A stretch of DNA of 64,000 nt from a virus: the IMG/VR virus record IMGVR_UViG_3300037851_000568, positions 10,139 to 74,138 of that record. One strand, given 5' to 3'. The stretch's first letter is position 1; each line of letters begins with the position of its first letter. The notes beneath the pieces were generated by a model. That model was not told the origin of the DNA. It worked only from the letters and a program-made list of their open reading frames with translations, and made no database searches. Shown piece by piece: positions 62,925 to 64,000 of the stretch. The position numbers were made by a program, and so were the translations under genes.

Positions 62925-64000
62925 ATGCCTAGAAACACATTCATTCTGGGCCAGCACGACATCAAGGACGGTACGTTTACCGATCCTAAGCTGGACCCGG
63001 CATCGCAGCTGTACGCCCTGCTCAACAAGCGGGTCGAGGACACCTTCGGCATCTACGCCAAGACGGTCAGCGGCGGCAGCGTAAGGTTGGATACCGAGCT
63101 GGCGGCGGAGACCCAGTCTGCAGCCTTGGGCATCACCGGCATCGTGATCGGCCCGGATGCTCCGGAGCGGCACAACATCTTCGAGGCGGGGACGGACAAG
63201 GCCATCGACGGCGGGTCTTCCACTCACGTTTGCGGGGTTTTGTCGTTCACGGCCTCCCAGCCGGGCTACGCCTTGTCCTGCACCAACGCGGTGGCCACCA
63301 TCCCGTACATCGGCTCCTCGGCGGCTATCGCTGCCGGGGATACCCTCCAGATCTACTCCGGGCCCACCCTGATCCAGACGGTTACGGTGCTCACCAACGT
63401 TGTGGGTACTCCCACCAGCGGCACCCTGACGGTCAGTGCTCCGTTCGTGGCGGCTACCGGGGCCTACTCCGGCATCCGCATGCCCCGTTGGACTCTGGAC
63501 TTTCAGGTCGCCGAGACCGGCGGAGCGTACTCCTTCGGAGCCCCTACGTCCGTCGACATCAGCTTGCGCAAGCGCCTGCAGCTGCACGAGCACAGCGGCA
63601 AGTTCCTTGTCCACACCCCGCCGCTCTCCGGTACGCAGGGCGAAGTCGGTGGAAGTAGCGCAGTAGACATCGCGGCCCGCACGGAGATCGACCGGATCCG
63701 GGCGTGGATCATCGATGCGGGCGGTCTTCCCACCGGCATCGACAACTGGTGCGTCTGCGTCCACAAGCACCTTGAGGAGATCTTTGTCACGACGGTGCCG
63801 GGGATTACGCACCTCAAGCTGACCGGTGTTCACCTGCAGGAGACGGAGTATCTGGCCGATCCAGGGTCGGTCGAAGGCACCACGGAGTATGCCGAGATCA
63901 ACGTCTTCCGCAACGGCATGGAGCAAAAGATCGTCGAGGACTACACGTGGACCTTCCAGAAGGACCTCGTGACGTTCACTCCTCCGTCCGTGGCGGGCGA
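62925..64000 (+). CDS. tail fibre-like structural protein (runs off the window end)
   Basis: ATG 62925 after GGAGAGG; no stop in frame; VFRNG...DY motif near the end. Confidence 0.7.
   Translation, partial: MPRNTFILGQHDIKDGTFTDPKLDPASQLYALLNKRVEDTFGIYAKTVSGGSVRLDTELAAETQSAALGITGIVIGPDAPERHNIFEAGTDKAIDGGSSTHVCGVLSFTASQPGYALSCTNAVATIPYIGSSAAIAAGDTLQIYSGPTLIQTVTVLTNVVGTPTSGTLTVSAPFVAATGAYSGIRMPRWTLDFQVAETGGAYSFGAPTSVDISLRKRLQLHEHSGKFLVHTPPLSGTQGEVGGSSAVDIAARTEIDRIRAWIIDAGGLPTGIDNWCVCVHKHLEEIFVTTVPGITHLKLTGVHLQETEYLADPGSVEGTTEYAEINVFRNGMEQKIVEDYTWTFQKDLVTFTPPSVAG

Noticed and set aside
1-64000. Long minus-strand and alternate-frame ORFs in the track (e.g. 3762-5657, 28518-30428, 47779-50112, 61887-63926)
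   Set aside because: They are shadows of GC3-rich + strand genes, with no SD and no recognisable motifs.
1-64000. CRISPR array or stop-codon reassignment
   Set aside because: I saw no regularly spaced 25-40-nt repeats. TAG, TGA and TAA all end genes cleanly, and there is no suppressor anticodon.

Overview
A 64-kb segment of a GC-rich, T4-like large (probably jumbo) contractile-tailed phage genome, read in the standard code with nearly all genes on the + strand. Order: small early genes (DHH phosphoesterase, HAD, RyR domain, a paralogous small-protein family, adenine MTase, ParB-like), a sigma-70-domain fusion protein, TerL with two LAGLIDADG inteins, portal with an HNH intein, prohead protease/scaffold, major capsid protein, a ~40-gene tRNA array (32280-36671), then neck, sheath, tube, tape-measure, baseplate and fibre genes. 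Best signals: (1) a ~304-nt double-pseudoknot RNA in the tRNA array resembling the bacterial raiA-motif ncRNA; (2) a tRNA with a His acceptor stem (G-1:C73) but an Asp anticodon, in an array that otherwise lacks tRNA-His; (3) 14 tRNAs with a co-varied elbow (D-loop AG plus T-loop G55); (4) an HNH + replacement tRNA-Tyr module that splits an older tRNA-Tyr, with two similar 3'-end replacements in structural genes; (5) a sigma factor embedded in a protein with putative head-protein motifs; (6) a 17-bp palindrome found at four gene junctions. All family assignments are by motif recognition by eye; no database search was run.
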